From Octopus bimaculoides (Eukaryota), in assembly GCF_001194135.2 (NCBI RefSeq), contig NC_068995.1:43898913-43962200 (forward strand): a stretch of 63,288 bases of DNA, in the 5' to 3' direction. Below, in pieces: positions 38,140-51,900 of this stretch; the stretch's first letter is position 1, and the number at the start of each line of letters is the position of its first letter. The notes under the pieces were generated by a model that worked only from the letters and a program-made list of their open reading frames with translations, was not told where the DNA came from and did no database searches. The position numbers and the translations under genes are program-made.

Positions 38140-38320
38140 AGGGATACATCCCAGTTTCTGAGATGGTTGCATACGTAATCTGACGATGGTAACCCATAAT
38201 TCTGCGAAGCGCCCTGGTAGTAAAGGATTCCAGGCAACTCCCAAGAACCCCAGAGGGTATCCACATCCCGCAAATATAAAGCAAAGCAGGGAGAACCTGA
38301 AGACTCGAAACCTTGTCTTA
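38140..38320 (+). repeat. Unclassified dispersed repeat, copy 2
   Basis: As 36706-36855, with about 50 extra internal bases. Confidence 0.85.
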
Positions 38321-38361
38321 ACTTTCTCAAATGAAATATAATATAGCAATGTTGCTCATTA

Positions 38362-38670
38362 GAAGGATCGTGGCCTCGTGGTTAGGGTATTCGGCTCACA
38401 ATCATAAGGTCATGATTTCGATTCCTGGCGGCCCGTTGTATTCTTGAACAAGACACTTTATTTCACATTGCTCCAATCAACTCAGCTGGCAAAAAATTAG
38501 CAGTACTTATATTTGAAAGGGTCAGCCTTGTCACATCTTCTGTCCCTGAGAACTGCGTTAAGGGTACATACGTCTTTGGAGCGCTCAGCAGTTTGCACGA
38601 TAATTTCGCGAGCAGGCTGTTCCGTTGATCGGTTCACCTGGCATCCTCGACATCGTAAACGGCAGAGTCT
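38362..38670 (+). mobile_element. SINE S3
   Basis: Homologous along its length to 20641-20940. Confidence 0.85.
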
Positions 38671-39169
38671 CATTTACAACATACTAAAATTGGATAGAAT
38701 TGGACATGTCTAAGGACTTGAAAATATTTTCAAAACTAAAGTTATTTTACCGTTGGTGATTTAGAAAGAAATCGAACGATGTAAACTCCATAGTTACCGT
38801 TTGAAAAGCTGAACTGTGGGTAGCTTGCTTCGGGATGTTTTATTTTTTTTTTCAACATATAAAACATATTTATTTGTAGGTTCTGAACTTACTGTAAAAA
38901 CAGAACATAGTCTATTTCTATTTCATGTCCCTTTTTTTCATGAGTGTATTTTTATCAAGAAATACAACGTTCAGAAAAAAAAGAAGAAACATGTATAAAG
39001 ATACTTCTAATAAATCTATGAAAGCGAGAGAGCACAGGAAGTTGAATGTTTCTAATATTAATATTCGGTAACATCATTAACGATTCCAGTCTGACAAATG
39101 CTATGGGCACCGTCTCTCTTGTTTGGACTAAATAACAACGACGACGCCGACGATGACTGTGATGGTGGC

Positions 39170-39170
<1 letters not shown>

Positions 39171-39232
<62 letters not shown>

Positions 39233-39242
39233 NNNNNNNNNN

Positions 39243-39303
<61 letters not shown>
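39171..39303. repeat. (GTA)n microsatellite spanning a gap
   Basis: Direct reading. Confidence 0.95.
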
Positions 39304-40179
39304 TACTGCTGCTGATGTTGTTGTTGTTGTTGTAGCAGGAGTATTTGATAAAATGAATTCATAGAAGTGAAACATTGAAAAATCCCAAAGGAAAAGTTGA
39401 TTGGAAAGAATGAGAAAAGCGCTATGGATGATGTTTCGTATGGAAAAGAAAGAAAAAAATGATGTAATTCTGAAAGGTAAATAAATTAGATTCTGTCATC
39501 GAAGAAACGGTAAAGTCAATTCGTTTATTGGGAGATGCTTTTTAAATTATATTAATGGTGACTGCGATAAGAAAGTACAGGGAGGAGGAGGAGGAGGAGG
39601 AGGANNNNNNNNNNNNNNNNNNNNNNNNNNNNNNNNNNNNNNNNNNNNNNNNNNNNNNNNNNNNNNNNNNNNNNNNNNNNNNNNNNNNNNNNNNNNNNNN
39701 NNNNNNNNNNNNNNNNNNNNNNNNNNNNNNNNNNNNNNNNNNNNNNNNNNNNNNNNNNNNNNNNNNNNNNNNNNNNNNNNNNNNNNNNNNNNNNNNNNNN
39801 NNNNNNNNNNNNNNNNNNNNNNNNNNNNNNNNNNNNNNNNNNNNNNNNNNNNNNNNNNNNNNNNNNNNNNNNNNNNNNNNNNNNNNNNNNNNNNNNNNNN
39901 NNNNNNNNNNNNNNNNNNNNNNNNNNNNNNNNNNNNNNNNNNNNNNNNNNNNNNNNNNNNNNNNNNNNNNNNNNNNNNNNNNNNNNNNNNNNNNNNNNNN
40001 NNNNNNNNNNNNNNNNNNNNNNNNNNNNNNNNNNNNNNNNNNNNNNNNNNNNNNNNNNNNNNNNNNNNNNNNNNNNNNNNNNNNNNNNNNNNNNNNNNNN
40101 NNNNNNNNNNNNNNNNNNNNNNNNNNNNNNNNNNNNNNNNNNNNNNNNNNNNNNNNNNNNNNNNNNNNNNNNNNNNNNN

Positions 40180-40250
40180 GGAGCGTGGAGGAGGAGCGTG
40201 GAGGAGGAGCGTGGAGGAGGAGCGTGGAGGAGGAGCGTGGAGGAGCGTGG
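40180..40250. repeat. 13-bp G-rich minisatellite (GAGCGTGGAGGAG)n
   Basis: About 5.5 units visible at the edge of an N gap. Confidence 0.9.
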
Positions 40251-41458
40251 AAGGATGACCACCATCTCCATCACCGTGCTGCTAATGCGGAATATGATAA
40301 TGGCCATCATCATCATCATTATCATCATCATCATTACTGTCGTGTTGGTGACGAAGATATGAACTGCTTTCTACTAAGCGGTAACTTTCAATTATTTAGG
40401 AATTTTGTTTTGCGTTCAGCCCTCAGTACACCAGCGTCTAACATACTTATCCTAATCTATGCTACGAGCTTATTCCTGGTAGTTCCTATAAATTTTTCCA
40501 TTTTTAATTTTACAAATTATACTGTCCAAAATATTATTCTGTTATATTACATGTTATCGTCATGTAAAAAAAAATCTCTTATGCAATTAATGCCACTGGA
40601 AAAAAAAACTTTCTTAATTAATTAAAATGTTCGTCTTTGTTGGAGAAAAATAACAAAATCGTAGCGAAAATTCTAAATGACTCTTAAGGGAAGCGGTGGC
40701 GCGGGTTGGAGAGATAATTTCGACAAATAATGAATTAATTTCTCAAATTTTATTTATATGGCTTTGAGGAAATAAAGTTTGATTCTCCTATTTTATTTTA
40801 TTGTGTTTTTTTATATATATATATGGTAGAGTATTTTTACCCACGACTCGTTTCCATATATCTCCAAGACTCGTGAGAGAGAATTATTACAGATAAGAAA
40901 CCTTGCCTGAATATGCGTCGGAATGATTTCCTCTAAAGATACCCAAGTGATATGTAGTGATGTGTGTTTTTGTATACGGGTATAGTAAATTCTAAATCCA
41001 TTCTTACAATGTACACGTGTTAATATGGCCATTTATCCGTCTATATACTTGAGATTTGTCGTCTGCAATATGTACAAATGTGCATGCGCATTCTTATATT
41101 CAAATTCTATTATGATCGAAATCAGAATACGCAAAGTTCAACAAATATAATACGGATATTTTTGGAAACTAAATCTGCATCAAGTTCAATATAATTTAAT
41201 TAACGATTCGGTGTTTAATTACGATGTTCAGGTGTATTTCTAAATAATAAGATTAAGTTTAATTAACTATATTTTTGTCATTCTCCTTTTAATTACTACA
41301 ATAGTTTTACGTGAATTTCGTGAATATGGAATACTAAGAACATCTGCATATATTACAAAATGACAACACACACACACATACATAAATACATACATACACA
41401 CACACATAGACGTGTACTACGGAGTTTCTTGTAACATGTTAAGTACATGCGTAACTGT

Positions 41459-41511
<53 letters not shown>

Positions 41512-41611
41512 TGTGTGTACCCGCTTTACAGCAAGCATTTTACATTCGAATGAAGTCTTACAGCGTCGGCTAACAGATGCTTTATCTCCATACAGAGCAA
41601 ACACGTGCATT

Positions 41612-42269
41612 ATATATTAATAATATATTAATGGGATATCTTTTATCACATTAATTTGGAAATATGTAACAATGAAACGAAATTACATAGTACTCGTTAC
41701 CTTCAAGTTGAATATATATATACTGTGAAAAATTGTTTGTTTTTAGAAAAGATTGTTGATACAATATTTGAAAAAAAGATTTATTTCAATTAAAAATTAT
41801 TACTTGAAAGTCCTTTTAAAAATCAGATTAACACAAACCTGATGGATGAAAGCGTTTGTTTAAGCGCTTTCCACAGTTTCCAGTTTTTCCCTACATACAA
41901 CGTGTAAGAAGTAAAACTACATCAAAAGCATGTAACTGCTACTTAACTTTGGTGGAATCCCTATACTACACGTAACTATATATTTTATACGCAGGAAGCG
42001 TTCCTGAAAAATGTCACTAAGACGCACCAATCCCCAGAACTATGAGCATGCGCTGTAAAAGTAACAATCAGTATATGTGAAATAAATTTCTATTTAAGTC
42101 ATTTAAAACACATAGCTTGGCTGGAAAGGTAACGTAATTGCTAGGGTGAGATGTTCTCCCAAGCCTACAGATATATTAATAATATATTAACGAGATATCT
42201 TCTACCATATGAATTTGGAAATATGTAACAATGAAACGAAATTACATAATGCCTGTTAACTTTAAGTTG
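41612..42269 (+). repeat. 99-bp direct repeat pair (41612-41710 and 42171-42269)
   Basis: Shared core aatttggaaatatgtaacaatgaaacgaaattacata; offset 559 bp. Confidence 0.9.
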
Positions 42270-42998
42270 TCTGCGACAGAAAACGGAAGTGCAATGAATG
42301 ATAAGCGAAATTAAGTAATTTTCTCTCGAAACTAAGATTAAATGATTTCTGTGTTCCTTAAAGTTTTGTAGAATGAAACAATCGTTTACGAAATTGAATT
42401 CGCAGAATAAAGCATAATGGTTGCTTTGAAAGAAAACATCGAAGATAATAGAACATGCATAAATTCCATTAGAAACCAAGATTCCTCAATTACAATCGAT
42501 CTGTTGTAGATTATGAGAACTCAAATTACAGAAGGAGATTTCTGCGGTTACTAGTTAACCTCGAGATAATGTAAGAAGTTATCAGATACTCAGAGTGTGT
42601 TAATATACTCAAAATGAGGCTAATGACTTTTGGGAAAATTTAAGAAAATCTGTTATTCCAAATGTATGTGAGGGATTAATCGATTATTTTCACGTATTCA
42701 TGTTAGTAATAAGATATCTGGAACAATCGATACCAGAAATTGGGTATTTCAGAAATATCAATTACTCCACAGCTAACCAAACTTAATAGCAGGGATTATT
42801 AGGAGGATTAAGATTAAGAATATGGCTGTGTACTGGCACTGAAACATTAGACAGAAGAGTGCAGATATAGCTTTGTTTCCAGTAATATCAAAAGAAACTC
42901 TCTCTCTATCTCTATCTCTCTCTCTGTGAGTGTGTGTGTGTTTGTACGTGTACATATACACACATGCACGCTTGCGTACATATAAGTATGTATACATG

Positions 42999-43037
<39 letters not shown>

Positions 43038-45851
43038 NNNNNNNNNNNNNNNNNNNNNNNNNNNNNNNNNNNNNNNNNNNNNNNNNNNNNNNNNNNNNNN
43101 NNNNNNNNNNNNNNNNNNNNNNNNNNNNNNNNNNNNNNNNNNNNNNNNNNNNNNNNNNNNNNNNNNNNNNNNNNNNNNNNNNNNNNNNNNNNNNNNNNNN
43201 NNNNNNNNNNNNNNNNNNNNNNNNNNNNNNNNNNNNNNNNNNNNNNNNNNNNNNNNNNNNNNNNNNNNNNNNNNNNNNNNNNNNNNNNNNNNNNNNNNNN
43301 NNNNNNNNNNNNNNNNNNNNNNNNNNNNNNNNNNNNNNNNNNNNNNNNNNNNNNNNNNNNNNNNTATATATATATATATATATAAATATATATATGAAGA
43401 TTTGCGTGTGTGTGTGTGTGTGTGTATGACATTGTGTGTGCTTTTGCATACATACCACAAGCTATTACCTTCTATTAAAGCAAATAAATCACAGAAATGC
43501 CCGTGTTATAAATTGATATGATAAAGGATAACGACTATAACACTCAGCATAGAGCTATGCAGCCAGCTTTTGAAGACAACAAAAAAAAGAGACAGGATAT
43601 CTGATGGGTACAGATGAGATAGGCGTGTAAACAAATCAATAATGATACTCCCTCATACTATTTCAATAGGATTACAATGCAGAGAAATTGGACTTTTGGA
43701 GCAATAGACTTATCTAACAAGATAATTATTGAAGTTAAACAAGTCAAAAACCTCGTAAATTGAACGTTTCTTTCAGTTAGCCAAGCGGAATAGAACGTAT
43801 AATTACAGCCTTGCTGTGTTGAAGGACTTTGTTCGTTTATAATGATAATGACAAGAACCAAAATGGAGCCAGCTCTCTATAGAAAATTGAGAATATGTGA
43901 AAACGGTTTGTCTTTCGAAAGGAAAGAATATTTTTTACAAAGACGGATATCATCGGAAATTAAATGTGTGTATATGTATATATATATATATATATATNNN
44001 NNNNNNNNNNNNNNNNNNNNNNNNNNNNNNNNNNNNNNNNNNNNNNNNNNNNNNNNNNNNNNNNNNNNNNNNNNNNNNNNNNNNNNNNNNNNNNNNNNNN
44101 NNNNNNNNNNNNNNNNNNNNNNNNNNNNNNNNNNNNNNNNNNNNNNNNNNNNNNNNNNNNNNNNNNNNNNNNNNNNNNNNNNNNNNNNNNNNNNNNNNNN
44201 NNNNNNNNNNNNNNNNNNNNNNNNNNNNNNNNNNNNNNNNNNNNNNNNNNNNNNNNNNNNNNNNNNNNNNNNNNNNNNNNNNNNNNNNNNNNNNNNNNNN
44301 NNNNNNNNNNNNNNNNNNNNNNNNNNNNNNNNNNNNNNNNNNNNNNNNNNNNNNNNNNNNNNNNNNNNNNNNNNNNNNNNNNNNNNNNNNNNNNNNNNNN
44401 NNNNNNNNNNNNNNNNNNNNNNNNNNNNNNNNNNNNNNNNNNNNNNNNNNNNNNNNNNNNNNNNNNNNNNNNNNNNNNNNNNNNNNNNNNNNNNNNNNNN
44501 NNNNNNNNNNNNNNNNNNNNNNNNNNNNNNNNNNNNNNNNNNNNNNNNNNNNNNNNNNNNNNNNNNNNNNNATATATATATATATATACTTTATAATAAA
44601 GCTTAAAGATATCACAAATCTGTTACTCAGGATGGTTTTCACGTTCCCGTTCGTCGGACAGTTTTGTTTCGAATGGAATAATATAAGGTTATATGCATAC
44701 ATATACAATTAGTTTGATAGAGACACATTTGAAAATCGTTTTTTTTTTTTTGTGTTTTTGTTTTTTTTTCATTGGTCCTTTCAATAATCGGTTTCATGAA
44801 ATTACAATTGCGATTTAAAATCATATTATTATAAAAATCGAAGAAAACCTTAGATCAAAAATAAATATTCAGTGGTAAATAGTAATAAATTTAAATAGAT
44901 ATATCCGTTTAAAAATACATATACATTTTGTAATACATACACACACCAAACAACCTATATATACATATATACACTAAACATACAGCCGTTGGTACACGGC
45001 TACATACATACACAAACAAATATAGGCAAAACATAAATATATACATATGTATATATATGTATGCACGCTCGCACACGCATGCGCATAATACTTTCTGGTA
45101 TATGCCTATAAAACTTAGTCTACTTTCCCTTTAATGTCTGTCATATTTAATTCTATTTTGTTACTGCACGTTGTCCTATGGACATTTACGGGTTGTTTTG
45201 AAAAAGTTTTGCTTTTAGATGGAGACACAAAGAAACAGCGAGAACGTATATATTTATTTTCTAAATACTAAACAATTCTTAGTTTATTATGAATGAAGAT
45301 ATTCCAATTTTAAGAATTTGAATGTTTCCGATGTATTTATTAACTGCCATGTATTTAATAATCAAACGCTGTATATTGTTGTTTTCTAGAAAAGTTACCT
45401 CCAGCCAACTGCGTTATGTAACTTCCTTCGCTTGTAGAATGTCTATTCTTTAATATTGTCTTTTTATGTTGGCAGCTTCAGTTTTGTAGCAAAACATTGT
45501 GTATTTAACCATGTACATTCTATTATTGTGAGTATGCAAGCGTGCAGAAACGGTTTATCTCGGGTATACATGCTTATAGAGTGCCTTTGCCGGGTCTGTA
45601 AGAGAAAGGTTCTGAAAAGTAATTCTGTTATTCTGTAATTCATATCTTTATTTCTATGCCTTCCCAAACTATTGATATACTTACAGTTAGCTTCCTCTTT
45701 CAGCTGATATGGAATTTTGCCGAAAACTCGAAGCAGCACAAGTGAGATTTGCTGTCATAATATCACCATGTACAGCAGTAGTAATATAGACACAAATAAA
45801 ATTGTTATTGTTAAGCTAACCGGTAACAATAATATATATAACAATATGAAT

Positions 45852-46025
45852 AAGGTGGCAGAATCGTTACTGCGCTCGACAAAATGCTTAGCGGCATTTC
45901 TTCCAGCTCTTTATGTTTTGAGTTCAAATTCTGCCGAGGTCAACTTTTCCTTTCATGTTCTCGTGATCAATAAAATGAAGTATCAGTCGAGTACTGAAGT
46001 CAATGTAATCAATTACCCAACTTCT
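45852..46025 (+). mobile_element. Decayed SINE S1
   Basis: tggcagaatcgtta..gagttcaaattctgccgaggtcaac. Confidence 0.8.
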
Positions 46026-46054
46026 GATTATTAATACTGTTATATTGTAAAAGT

Positions 46055-46250
46055 TGAGATCTGGAAGAACTGCTAAAAGTATGTGTTCCAGTTCTTTAGT
46101 TTCTGAGTTCAAATTCTGTCTAGGTCAAACTTATACTTCATCCCTCGAAAGTAGATAAAATGAAGTACCAGTAAAGTACTACAGTCTACAGTAATTATTC
46201 AAGCCATCTTCACAAAATTGTTGATTTTGTGCCTAAATTTAAAGTAATTG
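46055..46250 (+). mobile_element. Decayed SINE S1
   Basis: ctgagttcaaattc..gataaaatgaagtaccag..ttgtgcctaaattt. Confidence 0.65.
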
Positions 46251-46702
46251 TTAAAACTTTCATAATTACAATCATTAACAGTGTTTGCATTCTCGGATGA
46301 CGCCACCGCATTGTGTATCAGACACACAAGTAACAGGAGTGGTCGGTACTATTCTTGAAGAAGACCAGAAAATAACAGTATGATGAATTAACCGTGGTAA
46401 TTGAATGAGTTTGAAACTAGGCGGCTGGAGAGGCAAAACCTTATGAAATGACGGCTTCTGTAGCTGATTGAGGGTCTGTTTGAGATGTTTTAGGCCTGGT
46501 TAAGACCAGACCACAAGGTAGGAAAAAGATAAGAAAACGTTGCAAGCAGATTAGCCCATTTCACTTAGAAATGGGTTGAGAGGAAACTGTCACTGGATGG
46601 GCGAAGGGAAGTCGGAACCATCTGTAAATGACTTCGATGGTGTATCATCACCTAAATATCTTGGATTGTTCCATGAAACGCCTGAACAAACTGGAACGCA
46701 TA

Positions 46703-46839
46703 TGGTTAAGGTCAGGCATCTGACAAGTAAATCTGTGATATTTAGCAGAATATTTGTTGTAGCCCACCTTTTATACCAAGACAAAACAATGTACATGATA
46801 ACACTTCCAATCGGTTAAGATCAGAAGCTATGAAGAGCC
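46703..46839 (+). repeat. Fragment of unclassified dispersed repeat
   Basis: 46703-46777 is the reverse complement of 59860-59935. Confidence 0.85.
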
Positions 46840-46886
46840 AACTACTGCCTTTTACTGCATCAGGGCAGTTATTATAATTATTAAAT

Positions 46887-47099
46887 GCGGCGAGGTGGAA
46901 GAATCGTTAGCGCGCTGGCCGAAATGCTTAGCGGCATTTCATCAGTCTTCACGTTCGCTGTTCCGCCGAGGTCGACTTTGCCTTTCATCCTTTTGGGGTC
47001 GATAAATTAAGTATCGGCTGCGTTCTGCGGTCGATCTAGTCGACTAGTCACTTCCCATAAATTTCATACCTTGTGACTTTAGTAGAAAGGATTATTATT
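46887..47099 (+). mobile_element. SINE S1, tail b
   Basis: Head, body, and tail agtagaaaggattattatt. Confidence 0.88.
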
Positions 47100-47253
47100 C
47101 TTTTCTACTCTAGGCAGAAGTCTCGAAATTTTGGGGGAAGGAGCCAGTCGATTAGATCGACCTCGGTGAAATTTGAACTCAGAACGTAACGGCAGACGAA
47201 ATACCGCTAAGCATTTCAGCCAGAGTGCTAACGTTTCTGCCAGCTCGCCGCCT
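47100..47253 (-). mobile_element. SINE S1 (tail b, internally deleted) with 17-bp target-site duplication
   Basis: Flanked by tagaaaggattattatt at 47083-47099 and 47254-47270. Confidence 0.92.
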
Positions 47254-48803
47254 TAGAAAGGATTATTATTTTTATCATTCAGGTGGCCGCAGTAGGGTAG
47301 CAAAATCAGTAGCACATTGTAGAAAAAGTATTGTGGTATTTACTTTTGGGTTTTAGAAGGGGTTTCATCCGTTGCGAGAAATGCTGCAATGAAAAGAATA
47401 ATCTCGGATGTATATAGCTTAAAAAGTCAACCTGACCACTTTCTTTGGCACATTTTTGAAAGTTTTTTTTTTTTTCATGTTCTACAACCTTGCAGCCCCT
47501 CTTTTCAAATCTTTTTAATTCCCAGTCTTTTCGTTATTCCTTCTTGTTTAAATTATTGATACTGTCTAATTATGTTATTGTCACTTAAGTGAAACTTAAT
47601 GTGATTATTTAAATGATAGAAACTTGATTGTTTTTAAGGGAAATTTAGAATTACATCTTAACATGTTTACGATATTTTGAGAGGAAACGTATATTGTGTT
47701 ACTTCAATGGAGATATGAAATAACGTAACATAATCCCATTTACCGGTTGTTTGTTTATATTTCACTTTTCTTTCTTTTCCAAAACAGCTGATGTTTGTTT
47801 ATGAATCCAATAATATTTTTCACTACAAAGATGTGTATCCTTCGCAATGAATGAACAGGTTTTTCTTTCTTTTTTTCTGTTATTACCAAAATATATACAT
47901 CACTATCAAAGCTAAAAATTTAGTGGGAAATAATGTGAGGGACATGCACAAACACCAACTGCTTAGGAGAAAGAAACAAGAGAAATACAGAAATATGACA
48001 ACCCGTGTGTGTATTTCCTAAATATTTAAAAACGCAGTTTCAGATCAAAATTATTGCAAAATATTTCAAAATTGAAAGACTTGCTCAACTAAATAAATGA
48101 AGTCTCAAATGTATAACAGCAGAAAAAAAAACTGCTGTATGTTTATAGCTGCAATTTTTACGGATTATTTAGAGATTTTACGTTACAAAATCAATCATTA
48201 CTTAAAATATATGCGTAGTTTTAATGTTGTTGGTGGTGGTGGTGGTGATGGTGATGGTGATGGTGGGGGGGTCGGTGGTGGTGGTGTTTAGATTCGAGAC
48301 AGCCCTGAATAAAATGAGATAGAATTGAAATATGCTATAACCTGATATTCAGTATCTCTTCTCCTTTGATATATTGCGTGTAGGGTAACATTAACAAGCA
48401 CGTTCATTTTTTGTTATTTCTTTTTAAGAAGTTGTGTGACTGAATAATATTTAACTGCTATTTTTAGCAGATCAGGCGACCACGTAATACATACTGAAGA
48501 AGGATTACTGTCTTTCATAAATAATTAATTTTAGCAATTTTTGTCCATTTTTGTTCTGTTTGTTGCGAAGAAACATGCTTATGTTGTTTTTTTATTTCTA
48601 GAGAAATTGATTGAGCTTTACTTTATATATTGATTTTATTTGTTTGGTTTCATCCTCATCTTTCGTTGTTATATGTGAAACGGTCTGTATTATCAGATTT
48701 ACTTTAATTTCAGATTCATCTGTGTCCAAGGAAAAAGTAGACATAAAGTTAACACGGTCGAGAATCAAAGGCTATGATTAAATCCCTTCTACATATTAAT
48801 GTA

Positions 48804-48852
<49 letters not shown>

Positions 48853-48942
48853 ATGTGTATGTGTGTGTGTGTGTGTGTGCACGCTTGTGTGCATGTGTGT
48901 GCGCGCGCACGCCTGTGTGTGTGTGTGTGTGTCTGTGTGTGT

Positions 48943-48973
<31 letters not shown>

Positions 48974-51900
48974 GTCAAAGATTTAATAGCGGTATCAATA
49001 TTTAAGAGCTATGCTAATTAGAGTTGAGTGCAACACACCTATTCTGTTGTAGCAGAGCACAGTATTGGTAGTAGGAAGTTATTCTCTGTGATAATAACGA
49101 GTTATGTTGTTGAGAGCAATATCGACAATAGGAACTTAGGTTCTGTAACAGTAACGCCCTGTGTTGTATGATAGTAGGGTGCAATATTCACAGCAAAGGA
49201 CTACGTTCTGTGGCTGTGAAGAAGCTGTATTCTCTGACAGCAGAGAACAATATAGATATTGGAGAGAAATATCCTATAGCTATAGTCATTCACATTGCTA
49301 TGATGTAGATGGTTGGCTTCTATCATGTAGTACTCGTTTCGCAGTACTTAGAGCACTTGCCAAGGTTTTATTGTAATATAGTTTGTCGACTTTATTTGAA
49401 GAGAAAGTTATTTAACTGGAATACTCCCAAATATTGAAGCCTTTGGGGGAAGTATAGAGATATATATAGACATGAAAACCACGCAGAGAAAGAGACAATT
49501 TATTATTGTAGGCAAGGCATACATTTATTGTACATTTAAACTGGGCAGAGCACTCTCGAAATTAAATAGAACAGTTTGTAGTTTGCAGGCAGATGTTGAT
49601 TGAACAATACAGACAGAACATAATTATCTTTGAAGTACTGAGGTGACATAAAGGTAATTTCACAGTTCCTAGATTCATAAGAAAAAAAATGCCATTTCTT
49701 CGATATGAATAGAATATTTATCTCAAGATAATAGATATACAGGAAGAATAACAGCAAGATACCAAATGTAAATTCTCGTTCCATTCTGGGATTAAAATAT
49801 ATGTTCAAATTGCATTCCTTCTGAGCTCTAAATTACTTCACTTCGGTCGGTATAAATCAAAATATATATGTGTGAAACTATGGATAACACAACACTTGAC
49901 GTTTTCTGAATTAATTTTAAAGCCATGCTATGACCAAGTCGTTAATGTGTCCACTTGTTAACTGCAAAGCCATGAGATCTTATATATCTACACGAGTGCA
50001 ATGATATTAATTTGGTAAATTGAAAAGAATTGCTTTCTTACGAGTATAAGTGATTTTATCACGGCTTAGTAAACCAGACTGAGTTGTTAAAAGTTAGGCC
50101 TATTGATCATCAACGGATCGTAATCCAAAGGGCAGAATATAAATGATCAAACTATTTATCAAAGAACGCTAGTGACTTATCCGGTTACAACTTATATCTA
50201 AAAGTATTAATAAAACATCAGATCGCAGTACAACTGTAGAGGCTGTAAAAGTTGCGGTAACACGAACACGATACTGCACACGCGTCAGTTTTTCGGAGAA
50301 TAAACCTTTGTCATCATAACTGATGAGATTTTTTAAGATGGTGCATTCTAGAATATTTATATGTGTAACATTTGTATCGTCGATGATATCGGAATAGAAC
50401 AAAAATGCAGCAGCACCTGAACATAGCTCTGGTCTTCCAACTCTTTCGTACAATGAAGAAAACTCTGATAGAGGTTGTTTTTTTTTCTTGTAAATAATGT
50501 ATAAAGTTTAGCCTTTAATTAGTGGATACGTCCTCTTTCTATTTTTAATACGATTCTAACATAAAAATTAAACAGCTTCTATCATACGCCACTTGACATC
50601 TGACTATTATATAAACATCTAGAAAATTCCGAAAAATATTGATTTCCCCCTCTTTTTTTCTCTACTCGGTCCATATGAGAATATTCAAATATTTAATTTG
50701 CATCACCAACCAAATCATGTTGTCACGAAAGAATGAATGGAGAAACTATAGAAGACAGGAAGAGAAATAAATTTAAAAATAAACATTAGGTGTATCGGAG
50801 AGAAAATCATATTTGAAAAAGAATTTTCCTGTTTTATTCTAAGGATTATTTTTCTTAAGACTAGAAAATCTGTGAGCTTTTGTTTATTCTACATTCTCCA
50901 GTTTGTTATTTTGGCATGTTGATTTCAGTTGAAAGATCCCTCTGAAAATGAAAACTATTTTAGATCGTGTTATCAATAAAATAACAAAAATGATAATAAT
51001 AATAAATCAGTTTTATATAACGGGCGAAGCGATTTCACCATAATGTTATAACTTGCTTTAAATATATTCAAATGAATTTAGTAGTTTTATTTTTTAATTG
51101 ATTCATCGACGAAGAGCACTTGACATGAAATCGATATTGGAACCTTGTAAACATGAAGGTCTATATGTAACTTCAACAAGAATAATGAAGGAGATGAGAA
51201 ACGGGGGAATTAACATGACATGAAAGCAAATATATTCGCTGCAAAATGCCAAAACCAAATATAAATAGTGAAATTATCTTAGCTTCAAATTTTCGAACAA
51301 AAATACGAAAACTTTCTGTTTCTTTTTTTTTTTTTTAGTGTTTACTTCTCATTTAACCTCAAACAAAATACAATATTTGTTTTAGTTTGTCTCATCAAGA
51401 GAAGTTGTCAAAGCTATGACATAGGATAGAAGGGAAGGATAGGACAAGATTATCATAACGTGAGGCGTAGTGCATTATTGGACCTGTGGTGTCTAGTACA
51501 AGTTCTAAGGGGTATTCGTTACCATAGAAACACCAAATGAGACAAAGGAAAGTCATTGATTATCGAGTGATTGTAATATATTGGCCGGGCATTTTTCTGC
51601 GAGCCACGATGCCTGTTCGGGACATCACTACCCTATTCCATTTGTGATCAATACCATAAGATATTTTTGAAGTCTCGTTGGCAGGAAATATATTCTTAAA
51701 CAGAAATTTATGTTTCCCATTTGCGGTGATGGTGTAATACCGTCAGATATTACGAGTGAGGAGAGAAGGTTTTACAAGCATATTGTCCAAGTTAAATATG
51801 TTTTTACGTTAAATTTAATTAATAATTTTTGGTGCTGTAAATACATGACACTAGGTAGTCGTTGCCCCTTTGGTCGATGTTTTCGCCATCATAGTATATA

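Noticed and set aside
41992-42021. CAGGAA-gcg-TTCCTG hairpin followed by CTAA (Helitron 3' end?)
   Set aside because: Short stem, not followed by the expected T, and no 5' TC end or second copy found.
46310-46390. ILEEDQKITV, reminiscent of a mariner transposase HTH
   Set aside because: Too short and followed by stops; cannot be distinguished from chance.
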